DNA of 64,000 nucleotides from Rhynchopus sp. YZ270_cl-10 (lineage: Eukaryota): contig OZ037845.1 of NCBI GenBank assembly GCA_964035575.1, positions 434,001-498,000 of the forward strand. Reading direction: 5' to 3'. Shown here one piece after another: positions 11,449 through 23,600 of the stretch. A program made the translations under genes and the position numbers. Under the pieces are notes generated by a model. That model was not told the DNA's origin. It ran no database searches and saw nothing but the letters and a program-made list of their open reading frames with translations. Position 1 is the first letter of the stretch, and every line of letters begins with the position of its first letter.

Positions 11449-12505
11449 ACATCAAAAGAAAAGTTTCTAAGATGATCCTAAGCCTCTCTGTGTTTAGTCA
11501 CCTTGATCACATTCGTTATCAAATGGCATGTCTGATGAGAGACATATCTAAGCAAGAGTGTTGGGGGGGGAGTTAACACCAGCTACCCCCAAAAAAAAGA
11601 GTAGCTGATGATGAGGGGATTGGTAAAAGCAGAAGTTCGAGCAAACGCGCATATGCCATCCAATGCCATCGCTTTGAGCGACTGTGAGACATCATGATGA
11701 CTCCTTACGTAGTAGGGAGATCTACGCGGACAGTGTAGAGGTGGGGGAGGCAGCATTCTCTACCTGGCTTCTGAAGAAGGATGTCTTCCCTTTGGGGCTA
11801 ACCGCGAGGGCAATGGAGACTCGAGAAGTCATTAACAGGCACCCCTGGATGTGGCAGCTCTCCCGTTCAATAAGCTGGCCTGACTCCAAAAAACAAAGTA
11901 GAAAGATGAGCGTTTACCAAATGAGCAGATCTCCCAAAAAACAATCATTTTTGGGGCTCTTTTTGTTCGTACAAAGCAAGGAGAGAAAGAGTGAAAAGTT
12001 TGATAGGTACACATGCGCTCTGAGGACGCAGGCTGGCAATGAAGAAAAATATAGAAAAAAAAAAAACGAGAAAGTGCAAAATATGTTACATTGGTGGGGG
12101 GGGAGATTTCCTCTGGTGAGAGGGAATCTTCCCATTTACTTGCCTTTTTTTGCATGGTTGTGACGAGCCTCATACAAAACAACCCTCACCATGACGACAC
12201 TACAAGGCGTCCAATGAACAAAATGCACAAAACAAAAGGAGAAAACGGTAACGTACAACGATCCTAAGGAATCAACTCTCTGCCCTTAGCCATCTTGAAG
12301 AAAACGCTGAATTGCTGTTCAGAGAACAAAACGAAGTTTGAACACGAGAAGAAATGCCCCAAATGGGGGCGTAAGTTGTTTATTATTTTTGCAAATGCGA
12401 GCTGCCATCCTTTCTCTTCATTTTGATTTTTTTTGTTATTTTGAAAAATTGTTGGATCAGTGTAGTTTGCCTCAGTTGTGCAATCTCCACTTTTCCTTTT
12501 TTCCC

Positions 12506-14331
12506 TTTTGTTTTCGTAACGCCAAACTCTTTAACCTTTTGATTGTTTGCTTGAGCTTACCGAATCGCTCAACTGCGATGGGAAGAATCGTGCGTGTTTT
12601 GATCTCGTCACTGGAATTCTTTCAGATGGAATTCGAGATCTGAACCGCTACGATAATTTGAGAAATCCAGAAAGCTTCAGAGATAATGAAATCCCCAGGG
12701 TGGGCGCGAAAAACGGAATTCAAATAAGACTTGACTTGAAATACAACAGACCACTCGTGAACAGTGAACCATGGTATGTGACCGGCTGTACCGGGGGGTG
12801 GACTCCAACCATGCAATCCTACAATCCATTTCGTGGTTTACATCTGATATGTACTACATCGGCTTCCACTCATCAGCCAGATGAACGTATAAAATGACGA
12901 AGCCGGTAAGCCACGAAACGAGGCATCTAGCATCCTGACATATTGAATGCCTCGACGGCCCTAATCCGTTTGAGCGCAGTCGGGGGGGGGGGGGCATCCG
13001 TGGGAATGTCTTGCAGAGGTCACTTCACTGCTCCGGAGCAGGAAGACGTCTGCCAGTGCATAGCGGAACACGGAGTCGTGAAGAGATGGATTTCGATCTC
13101 TCCGTAAAGAAAAATCTTGTGTCACGCACAGCAGAAAAGAAACGGAGCCCGACGAAGTTCTAGCAGCGAACGCAGCTCTCATTTAAGCGACCACGCGACC
13201 GAGGGGAATGCTGAAGAGCGGGGCCTTCTACCCAGAGAAAGCACTCTACAGCTAGCCTCTGGCCGGCCTGCATTAGGACACTCTTACCTTTCCGGTTGAT
13301 CTTAACCGCAGGGATTATGATGACAACCTCTTAGAAGAAGCCTCATCACTCCCTCTTGTCCGTGCAGACTGGATTCGCTCACACCCCATAGCTTCGGGTC
13401 TGCGGGTCCTTCTAAACAACTCAGTATTCCTCCTTTGGGTCTTTCTCGCAAAGCATTGGAATGAGCCACAATGGAATGCACCGTATGGGTTACTACCGGT
13501 TGGAGTGTTTTAGCGAAGGCCACTGAACTCTGGAGTATAAAGGAGCTATGAAGAACTGCGGTCATGGCAAACTTAGTCAGGGTCGCGGTCCTGTATAAAG
13601 GGGTTCTTGCCTGCCGGCATCAGCGGAACCACAAGCACAGTAGGAATGACGTGCCTCTCAAGACGTGATGTAGAAAGAAAGTGGTTCGTTTTCTTAGAGA
13701 CCTTACCAAAGGCAAGTAAACACGACGCATGCGACAGCAACATAGACCTTTGCCCATCTGCGCCTTCTTTTCAACTAAGCCGCCATCACCTAGCGCCTTC
13801 GCCATACTGCTAAGCTACTCAAGAACAAGAACGCAGTGCTCAGACGATACCTATCCAAACCCTCTGGCGATACCTTGCCTCTGCACTTCGTAGGTGTGGT
13901 CGGTCAGCAACTAGCAGTCACGCATCTCGGGGAGGAGTGCAAGCCGACCATCAGTGATCAGCCAGTGCACATAGCCTCGAAGTAGCGCATCACCTCCAGG
14001 TAGATCGTGGTAAGGACCGCCTGCTCCTGTGGCGGCAGTGATGTGGACTGCGCAAAACCCGACTGCCACACATTCACGAGCTGTGGAAGAAGAGGTGTCG
14101 GCATCTTATCCGTGCACCCTAGATGAACGCGCCACCCTACAGTAGGGACGAATGTGAAGTGAAGCTGTGGCCAGAAAGTTGTGTGACGTTGACAGAGAAG
14201 ACGTGGAGAAGCGCTGCAACAGGGCACAGGCGGCGTGCATGACTGAGGCGTCCTGAGAGAAGGATTGATATTGCAAGCCTTTGATCGGATGGCAAACGTT
14301 CTCTTCTTACACACACAGTACGAAAAACACC

Positions 14332-14362
<31 letters not shown>

Positions 14363-15182
14363 TCCTACAGCGACGGGTAGAATCTTGCACCCAGGGATCA
14401 GCCTCACCACGAGACGTCCATTGCTAGGCTGTGTCGTTTGGGTAGGCACATGGAGAAGGAGGGCTTACGCAGGTTGGTACATGGTCCAGCTAAACACCCG
14501 CACAGCGTCCAAACTCAGCGAAGACTGCGGAGTATACCGTCAGCACCTGCGCTGACGACCAGCCGTACACGAGGATGGACAGCGTGGTGTTCATCATCAC
14601 TATGAATACGCCCAGTGCAAACGACCTCTACGGCGCCGAGCGGGGGTCTCCGTCCCGACTGTCTGGCACCCGTCCCGCAGGTCATCTTAAGCAGTGTAGG
14701 CCAGGTGCGAGGATGGAAGCCAGCGTTGCCGTCAAGGTATATAACGAGCGTTGACCACCCACAAGATCACTATGAAGTGCAGGAGGAAGCGGTGAGGTGC
14801 ATGGAGGGCAGATGAAGAGAGGGCAGACATAACGACCTAGTCAGGGAGGGTGTGCCCAGCAACTAAGGGAATAACGACGGTGTCCGTCATTCCCAAGACA
14901 GTGTCGCAGGCCGAAGCTACAAGGCCTTGGTGTCATTGCGTGACTGCCCCACGAGGGCTGCAAGGATAAACGTGAACCACGATACCGTAGAGAGTTACTC
15001 AGGAGCGGGTGGGTGGGAGAAAATTTTAATGTCATGGTCACGTTTGCATAACATCAGAAATCATATCGCATGATTTTGGAATCGGTTGCAGAAATCATCT
15101 CTCATGATTTCTGAATCGGTTGCAGAGTTGGCTAGCCGAAAACAAAAAGGCTGATATTTGGTTGCACAAAATATAATCCTTC
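12506..15182 (+). mobile_element. Non-autonomous Helitron2/Helentron-like element, unit 1 (2.7 kb)
   Basis: 5' arm 12506-12697 is identical to 15183-15374; 3' arm 15021-15182 is identical to 19124-19285. Terminal TTTTGTTTTCG is inverted against CGAAAACAAAA 35 nt inside the 3' end, followed by an imperfect hairpin. Boundaries fall in T-runs with no obvious TSD. Confidence 0.65.
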
Positions 15183-18100
15183 TTTTGTTTTCGTAACGCC
15201 AAACTCTTTAACCTTTTGATTGTTTGCTTGAGCTTACCGAATCGCTCAACTGCGATGGGAAGAATCGTGCGTGTTTTGATCTCGTCACTGGAATTCTTTC
15301 AGATGGAATTCGAGATCTGAACCGCTACGATAATTTGAGAAATCCAGAAAGCTTCAGAGATAATGAAATCCCCAACGCAGATCTCTGGCTTTCATATCCC
15401 AACGCAGGTGAGGAGTTCATCGGGATGAAGAAGGACGAGAACGACGGAACCATGATGTCAGGGAGAGCTCTGCGCGGCAAGGGTTCGTGTCATACTTAAC
15501 GTTGAAGTCTAGCGTATCGCACACAAGCTCATGCAGCTGTACGACGCGTCGAGCCACACCCAATATCACACGTACAGCCAGCCACCACCGCCGACGCCCA
15601 CATTGATAGTCGTCGTTGAACACACCACCAGCTTCCCAGACCTGCCGCTCGGCACGCAGAAGGCATTCGGCACAGAAGGATTCTCGCCCAGCATCAGATT
15701 CATGGAGTGCCCTCCACCGGCTCACAAGCGACCACAGCCACATCACCGTTGTAGGCCCGGAAAGTGCGGAAGTCCAAGCGGTGCACCACAGTCCCAAACA
15801 CAGACACGACATCGGTACACGGTCTCAGCTTAGTGTCGTTAAACATGCCAGAGTAATTCGATGTCCAGACATTGTGACACAGAGGTACCCACCACATCGG
15901 CCAGAACAGCACGCGTCGCTGCCAAGGTCCGTGCTGCCTCCATCCGTAGTCAGGATCGCTCTGGCGGGTCGTCTGGAGGATGATATGAAACAGCCACGGC
16001 CTGGAGTGTCGTGTGTCCACCTTGCAAGGTGGCTGGTCACGCGCCAGTCGATGTTCCATACACCACTCTAGGCTGACGCAGTCACTGGCGGCGGAGCGAC
16101 ATAACCCAGCGGCACTGCAGGTCGTGCACGCCTACGGCATCGTCGTGGTGCTCGTCGCACGAGGTACAGAGAAGATGAAGTCGTAGCTGGGGAAGTAGCA
16201 CTCGGTCGCAGACGCAGTCTTGCTGGTCCCAGGGGCGGACGCCGTGCCCACATTATCACGCAGCCTGGGTCGCGGGCGGTGGCGCATAAGGTCGACGCTG
16301 TAGGGACCCCACCACGTCCGTGGGTACGAAGATGGTCCGCGAGAGCGGGACGACAAACCAATCACACTTGAAAAAGAGTAACGCCGGACATCGCAGGAGG
16401 AGAAAGACTGAACCGACAACGTTGCGAGACCCGCAAACCCGCAAAGCCTCTATTCATACATCAGGCATGTAGGTATAGAAGTCATGTATACCCTGATGGA
16501 CAGGCAGGGAATGCGCAAGGGGGGCCTTGCAAAATTGAATGTGCTGTTGGAGAACTTTTCGAGACACTGCAGCACTGTGTGGATTAGATTGAGGTTGCTG
16601 CTGGGGTATTGTACTCGGCGCAACAGTTTTCTCATGACAGCCAGGGACAGAATAACAGGAACGTCCGTCCATGCATCTCAGAGAAATCAAAACTGTACAA
16701 AAGGGGGCGCTCCACACCAGGAGTGTTTCCGACAGCTCCAAGAAGGAAGAGTACCTTGTTACAAACAACCAAGACAACCTCGCAGGTCAGAGTTCCTATC
16801 ACACGCAGGCAGCCATGCGAATAGATTCACTCTAATTTGATACTCAAAACCACCCAGCACACTCTCGGGTCGGTCAGAGCTCTACTCACACGCAGACATT
16901 GAAAACCGAGAGGAGGAGTCTGCAGACACCACACACAAGCTGTCCACAAACCAATCCAACAGCACTGCATGACTGTGATAAACGTGACGTGAAATACAAA
17001 GCCCTCCCGTGGCAGTGTACCACTACACATCATAAGAGGAACGCACTCCTCCCGTACATCTCCACCTTCGACACAAGATAACACATCACACATATACCAC
17101 AGACCCGACAGACGTAACAGAGACTGGAGAGAAAGAGGCGAACAAGATGAGGCATGAAAGGAAGGGGAACGAAGAAGAGGAAGGACGCTACCTTAAACCA
17201 AGCAGATAGGAAGCTAGCACCACATCACTGAGACACGAGTAAGTCGGATGAGCCAGGACTCTCACGCTTGGTCAGCATCAACAGTAAGTAACAGTACTAG
17301 CGTCTGAGGGAAAAGACTCAAGACACACTACCACAAACCACTGAGACAGATCAGTCTGAGTTAGAGAACGGCTTGCAAGGCAAACCCAGCCTCACGTGCA
17401 AAGTCGCCTTTAAGCTCAGCGAAAGGTACAACTTCATACAGACAGACAGACCATTGTGTGGAGGTGACTGATTCCCAAACCAGCCATGCAGCAGTGCACA
17501 GGTAAGGGTGCTCTAGTCAACACAGGGAGTCAGACCACAGTGAGGAAAACCTGAAGACAAAATCTTATAAACCACTGAAACAGCACTGATTGATAAAGAG
17601 AAAATATTGAAAAGGCAAAAGCCAGACTCTCGTGCCTAGACACCTTCAAAAAAATTAAGTGAGAGCTCCCAAACAGACACCTGAGGAAAAACCGAGGTCT
17701 CACTATCACACACCACTGCAACAGCACAGTATGAGATTAGAGAAAAGAGTGTAAGATAGAGCCAAGCCTCTCGTGCTTAGTCATCCTTAAAATGAGAATT
17801 CACACAGCTAGTCTTACCTCCCAAGGCGTCCGCACAGGCAGAAAACGCACAAACAACAATAAAAGCTTATCACATGCTGCCGGAGCACACTGAGTTCCAC
17901 ACCTGCGACATGGGTGGCACTATGCTGCCTGACTGCTCCCTTGGCACACCACTTCAGTACTGCAACACCCAGACAGTCATGCGAACAGAGAGGAAGTGTC
18001 TGAAAACCCAGGCAGACCTAGTGCAAGAGTGGTTAGTTATAGCAGTAGCAGTAGCAGTAGCAGTAGTCATCCAGTGATCTAAACCAGATGCTCACTCAGG

Positions 18101-19285
18101 CAGACCTAGTGCAAGAGTGGTTATTGTAGCAGTAGCAGTAGCAGTAGTCATCCGGTGATCTAAACCAGGCTCACTCAGGCAGACCTAGTGCAAGAGTGGT
18201 TATTGTAGCAGTAGCAGTAGCAGTAGTCATCCGGTGATCTAAACCAGGCTCACTCAGGCAGACCTAGTGCAAGAGTGGCTATTGTAACAGTAGCAGTAGC
18301 AGTAGTCATCCAGTGATCTAAACCAGATGCTCACTCAGGCAGACCTAGTGCAAGAGTGGTTATTTGTAGCAGTAGCGGTAGCAATAGTCATCCAGTGATC
18401 TAAACCAGGCTCACTCAGGCAGACCTAGTGCAAGAGTGGTTATTTGTAGCAGTAGCGGTAGCAATAGTCATCCAGTGATCTAAACCAGGCTCACTCAGGC
18501 AGACCTAGTGCAAGAGTGGTTATTGTAGCAGTAGCAGTAGCAGTAGTCATCCAGTGATCTAAACCAGATGCTCACTCAGGCAGACCTAGTGCAAGAGTGG
18601 TTATTTGTAGCAGTAGAAGAATGGGTCAGAGTACTTGTGTATATAGCCATACGTATAAACAATTCAAGATCTAAAAGTGAAGTTAATGATGCAGACACCT
18701 CCCGCTGACCCACGTACGATGCCAGCACGATGAAAGCACAAGTACCTATCCAAAGATGAACCCAAGCCTCGTGGGCTTATTCAGCCACACAAAAGAGTGC
18801 ACGCGGATAACACAAAACAGACGGACGAAACAGACACCAGCGTGAACAGGACGAACAGGACGGGGCGAGGGAAGCCCAACCGGGAAACAAGAGGGGAGGC
18901 TTTCTTTTTCTCTGAGGGAGATGGGAGGGGAGAGGGGGGGGTTGGCTAGTCTCTACCACCTAGGGCAAAACCGTATGGACACAATAAGTAGAATCAGAGT
19001 TCAAGAAGCGAGCTACCGTCAAGTCGTAGCATCGTTAAGCGATCAAGTGAACAGAGATTCTTTAGTGTCACGTTCGCGATTTACACAACCTTGAAAACCA
19101 TACCGATGATTTCCTAATTGTAGAAATTTTAATGTCATGGTCACGTTTGCATAACATCAGAAATCATATCGCATGATTTTGGAATCGGTTGCAGAAATCA
19201 TCTCTCATGATTTCTGAATCGGTTGCAGAGTTGGCTAGCCGAAAACAAAAAGGCTGATATTTGGTTGCACAAAATATAATCCTTC
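15183..19285 (+). mobile_element. Non-autonomous Helitron2/Helentron-like element, unit 2 (4.1 kb), directly tandem to unit 1
   Basis: It has the same 192-bp and 162-bp arms as unit 1, an unrelated interior containing a minisatellite, and is followed by T9. Confidence 0.65.
18009..18616. repeat. Minisatellite, ~7.5 copies of a 79-88 bp unit with internal (GTAGCA)n
   Basis: Units starting CAGGCAGACCTAGTGCAAGAGTGG at 18009, 18097, 18176, 18255, 18336, 18416, 18496 and 18577. Confidence 0.97.
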
Positions 19286-19607
19286 TTTTTTTTTGAAACA
19301 AAATAATGAACCTAGAGAAAATACTGTACAACACACAGCGCGAAGATGTTTCCCTCCTCCTTTCTTATACCCATCCACCCCTTCGTTGGATTCTCGAATA
19401 GTCCTTAGTGACATCGAAATGCCACATCGTGAGGGGTGGGAAGAAGAGAGGAGGAGAGACAGGGAGAGGCAGGCGCTTGTAAAGAAAACCCTTGGCAGAA
19501 GAAAAGTTGGACCTAAGCCCAAAGTGTTTAGTCACCTTATAAACTGTTGAAGGAGGAAAACTGGAACGAGAGAAATGTCTCAGATACCAACAAGGAAGAA
19601 GAAGAAG

Positions 19608-19756
<149 letters not shown>

Positions 19757-20021
19757 CAGTACTGGTTCAGCAGCGAGGGCAGGGCTTTTCATTTGCCCCA
19801 CCCCGCCGCAGAGAAGAAAAAAATTGATAAGCAACAAGACCAGGACCCTGACCAGGACCCTATAATGATAATTTGAAAACCCACAGAAGAAAAAAAATCA
19901 AACCTAAACAAAATCAGACCTTTTGCGATGCACCCATTTTTCTGTACACATCACCAAGAACTACAAGAGGTTAGAAAAACTCCAAAAAAAAATCCCAAAA
20001 AAAACCACACCCAAAAGCAAT

Positions 20022-23000
20022 TCACAGCACAGACCCTGCCCCTGAGGACCCTATGCTAAGAACACTACAGCTTTTTGGGGATTCGAGTCGCGTGAAGGGC
20101 CCGCGACTCTTTTTGGACCGGCTGCCGGCACGCCAGATGTTTACATCGGGGGTCGCTAGGGGAGTGCCCCCTCCGACAGCACGTTTGGGGGAAAGGGAAA
20201 GCTGCTGATGCGGGCCTCCGTTTCTTCCGTTCCGATCTTTCCACTGACTCGTGAACGTTGCGTTTGAAGCGACGGTGAAGTTAGTAGAGAACGACGCACC
20301 GTTTTCGCCTTCAGAGAAGATGTCCCGCGACGTGTCATTGTGGTTTATTGGAGAAACGACAAGCGGAGACGGGGGGAGCTTGTTGTGCGACGCCAGCGAC
20401 GCCTCGTGCAGGTCCTCCACCCCAGGGTCTATCGCATCGCTGGACCGTTCGTGGTCGAGGAGCGGCGCTGTGTGCAAGTCCTCAAAGTCGTCTAGTTCAA
20501 TGGCAATACCCTGTTCGCCCCATTCCTCTTCCTGGAGGCGGTCCCGGCGTCCTTTGTAAAACACGTAGATTTCGGTGCAAAGATCGAGCAGTAGTTTTAT
20601 CAGTAAAAACGCAGTCGCGACCTTAATAAGAACAGACGCAACGTCAAATAACGTACCCGTCATGTACCCCTGGTAAAAGGCAGTTGACATGCAAAACAAA
20701 GATGCCGCAATGTTCAGACTAATGAGCGGCTCCAGGATCAGATCTCTCTGTCGTGCTAAGGGGCGAGCGATCACGTAGTAGAGCGACAGAGAGAGGTAGA
20801 GCAGACCGGACACGAGCTTGACGTGGCCACATTCATTCAGGGAAGGTGTAGGGATGCAGTTGCACAGTGCAAGCGCCATCATGAAGATATACTGCAGGGA
20901 AGACCCGAGGTGGGCGGATTTTTCGTTGTACGGGCGGAGCACTGTTGTAAATCGGTCGTCCCATCGTGTGTCACGTGCAGGCGACGACACCCATTCACCT
21001 TTACCTATGAAGAAGACGAGGACACGGGAGTTGAGCACAGCGTCGTCACGATAGCGCACCTTCTGGTCTTTGTTCTTGATAAACTTTGCAAGAAAGAAGC
21101 CTCTGTCGGGAAGGATCTTGCAGAGGATATAAACGATTGCGACAGGCACTGCGACGCAGAAGGACCAGCCGAAGATGCCGAGGACCAGCATGGCTTCGTC
21201 GTGGTTGACGAGCGTGATGCGTACTGCGGAGAAGACCGTCCCTTGGTACAGAAAGAGGAACACAAAGAGCACCGCAGAAGGAAACCTCAACAGCCCCTGC
21301 GCACGGAGAAGAGACTGCACGAAGTGTCCAGCAAGCGCAACAATCAGGACGTGGAGCATCGAAAAGGCAAACATCAGACCGAAATTCGCGACCAATGCCC
21401 CTGCCAGCAGGGACCCCTCCACAGTGAGCTGTGTCGGGTGCATCACACGGCTCATCCGCGTCCAGTCCGTGCTCGGGTCGCAGCTCGCCCCCATCACCAA
21501 CGACAGCTGAGCAGCCATCACAGCAGTCGCAGGAGACGCGACGAACCCCACAACAACAGCAGCCCCTGCAGCAGCGCCGTTGGTGGCCTCCATGACGTCG
21601 TTGTCCTCGAGCAGCGGGGGCACCGCTGTGGGCTCTGCTGCCACGTCCAGGGGGGCATGGGTCGCTGGCGGCACCGTTGCTGTAGGCGACGGCGTCACTG
21701 TCGGCACTACCGACGCACCTGGCACAACGGACACATCTGGCGCGGAACTACCTGGGGCAATCGACATATCTGGCGAGGTCGACACACTCGGCGCAACGGA
21801 GGTACCTGGAGCTGTCGACACCTCTGGAGCAGTAGACGACACATCTGGCGCAACAGACGGCTCTGTTGTCACCGAGGGTGCCGATGTCACCGCTGGGGAC
21901 ACAGTCGGCGCTAACGATACAACTGGCGCTGGGGACATCGGGGGCAGTGTGGTTGGGTCGGCCGTGGGTAGCAGTGTTGGTGCCAGTGAGGGGGCTGGTG
22001 TAGGAGGCGCCACGGTGACCCGCTCGCGCATGCAGAGGTGCTTCTGGGAGGTGAAGCAGTCTAGGTTCACTGAATGGTCATACCCCACTGCATACCCACC
22101 GCACGCAGTCACCCCCTCCGGGTAGCGGGCAGGCACACCCCACACCGCCTCCGCATCGTAGTATGACCCAGGCACAGAGTACTCCCAGATATCTGTATTG
22201 TACATAGTCCGCGAGAACCCCACCCACACCTCTACACCACCCGCCACAGCACGCACCGCATCAACGTCGGAATCAATGTGAATTGTCGCGAGCTCTTTGC
22301 AATCGTTTGGTAGGTTCCCAAAGGGGTGACTCCCTGCAGACTTATAGTAGCACGACCCTGTTGACGACTGTTCACTTGCAGGACACGTTATCCCTGTCTC
22401 CTCACAGACCATCACAGCCACCTCACTGCACTGCTTCGAATACAGCAAACCATCTGGCATCATGACTGCACAGTCCTCAGTCACCTTCGGTTCATAGTCT
22501 GCCCAAAGGTCTTCCGCATGCGGGGTTGGACCTAGCCATTCCCATCCTTCACGAAAGTCTTCATACCGGGTACTTCCTATGTAGGTGCTGTCTGATGCGG
22601 AAAAGGTGCCTTGGGGGAGTAGTCTTGTGTAGATTTCTAGGGCAATGTTGTCGCTTGGTGGGGTGGTTGCGGTGTACTCTGCGCCTAACGCGGAGCACCC
22701 AACAGCAAACTCCGCGGCGACAGAGGTGACCACGTAGCAAAGGTCGTCTATCACATCGTGGTAGCCGCCGACGTCGCAGCTGCCGTCCTTCACGCAGAGG
22801 TGGCGTCGTGGGGTGCTGCACTCCGAATCACACAGCCACCGCCCACAGTCACCCCCCATATACGCGCAGGGCTTTCCCGTAGGCGAACCGTACTTCCACA
22901 GCCCAAAGTTCACCACCACCCATGTAGACGGCAACGCATAACTGTTAACCATCAACGCATTCACCATAGGCAGTTGCACCGCACCCACCCCAAGCAGACT

Positions 23001-23600
23001 CATATCCGCAAGAACGTCTTTTATGTCAACATCCGCTCCAATCCCAGGCCACATCCCTTCCCGCATTGTCTCAGGAGGGGTTGTAGTAAAGCTATAGCAA
23101 TATGCGCGTTGCCACATCGGGTAGCCTGATTGGGTGCAAGGCTGTGGTGTGAGGGTGGCGTATTGCACGACGTCTCCGGTGGTAGGGTGTGTGAAGGAGC
23201 TGCAGGGCATGCTGTAGAGCTTGAGGAGAGGGCAGTCTGCGGAGGCTGCGGTGCATACAAAGGCACAGCCGTGGGTTGCCCCTGGGTAACGACGCATCCA
23301 AGAAAGCTTTGCGGGGTAATCTGTTGTCGCATCCCCCCAGGTCCATCCTGAGCCTAAGCGAACGTTCTTGAACAATGCATTAAACGCCGTCCCACCCCCA
23401 GCCTGCACATATGCAGCTGCCGCCAATACCCCCTCCTCTGAACGAGGCGCCGCCAGCTCCGCACCATATTCGCTTCCGCACAAATCCTCCGCAAGCTTCC
23501 CGTTCCCAGAGGTGGTGCGTACACAGAGCGGTTCCTGGATAAGGTCAATCCATCCAGGGTCGCACTGTGAAATGCAAAACAACGCAATCAAAACGAGCAT
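20022..23600 (-). CDS. Cell-surface protein: signal peptide, several C-type-lectin-like Cys/Trp domains, Ser/Thr/Pro/Val stalk, multi-pass TM C-terminal region
   Basis: ~1190 aa. Hydrophobic N-terminus MLVLIALFCISQC; CTL-like motifs (YIGS..WEW..WADYEP..DCAVM..LYSKQCS..VCE; VWVGFSR). Several hydrophobic helices follow MHPTQLTVEGS. Confidence 0.8.
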   Translation of the reverse strand: MLVLIALFCISQCDPGWIDLIQEPLCVRTTSGNGKLAEDLCGSEYGAELAAPRSEEGVLAAAAYVQAGGGTAFNALFKNVRLGSGWTWGDATTDYPAKLSWMRRYPGATHGCAFVCTAASADCPLLKLYSMPCSSFTHPTTGDVVQYATLTPQPCTQSGYPMWQRAYCYSFTTTPPETMREGMWPGIGADVDIKDVLADMSLLGVGAVQLPMVNALMVNSYALPSTWVVVNFGLWKYGSPTGKPCAYMGGDCGRWLCDSECSTPRRHLCVKDGSCDVGGYHDVIDDLCYVVTSVAAEFAVGCSALGAEYTATTPPSDNIALEIYTRLLPQGTFSASDSTYIGSTRYEDFREGWEWLGPTPHAEDLWADYEPKVTEDCAVMMPDGLLYSKQCSEVAVMVCEETGITCPASEQSSTGSCYYKSAGSHPFGNLPNDCKELATIHIDSDVDAVRAVAGGVEVWVGFSRTMYNTDIWEYSVPGSYYDAEAVWGVPARYPEGVTACGGYAVGYDHSVNLDCFTSQKHLCMRERVTVAPPTPAPSLAPTLLPTADPTTLPPMSPAPVVSLAPTVSPAVTSAPSVTTEPSVAPDVSSTAPEVSTAPGTSVAPSVSTSPDMSIAPGSSAPDVSVVPGASVVPTVTPSPTATVPPATHAPLDVAAEPTAVPPLLEDNDVMEATNGAAAGAAVVVGFVASPATAVMAAQLSLVMGASCDPSTDWTRMSRVMHPTQLTVEGSLLAGALVANFGLMFAFSMLHVLIVALAGHFVQSLLRAQGLLRFPSAVLFVFLFLYQGTVFSAVRITLVNHDEAMLVLGIFGWSFCVAVPVAIVYILCKILPDRGFFLAKFIKNKDQKVRYRDDAVLNSRVLVFFIGKGEWVSSPARDTRWDDRFTTVLRPYNEKSAHLGSSLQYIFMMALALCNCIPTPSLNECGHVKLVSGLLYLSLSLYYVIARPLARQRDLILEPLISLNIAASLFCMSTAFYQGYMTGTLFDVASVLIKVATAFLLIKLLLDLCTEIYVFYKGRRDRLQEEEWGEQGIAIELDDFEDLHTAPLLDHERSSDAIDPGVEDLHEASLASHNKLPPSPLVVSPINHNDTSRDIFSEGENGASFSTNFTVASNATFTSQWKDRNGRNGGPHQQLSLSPKRAVGGGTPLATPDVNIWRAGSRSKKSRGPFTRLESPKSCSVLSIGSSGAGSVL

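Noticed and set aside
11684..12163. 159-aa plus-strand ORF
   Set aside because: It has a GTG start, runs into A-rich low-complexity sequence, shows no motif and is on the opposite strand to the cluster.
18009..18616. 80-bp tandem array as a CRISPR array
   Set aside because: Whole units repeat with no unique spacers, there are no cas genes, and the context is eukaryotic.
12506..19285. A...BA...B layout as DIRS/Ngaro/VIPER split direct repeats or LTRs
   Set aside because: There is no recognisable RT, RNase H or tyrosine recombinase, and 2.3 kb separates repeats that should be adjacent. The asymmetric inverted repeat plus hairpin fits Helitron2-type ends better, though this is not fully excluded.
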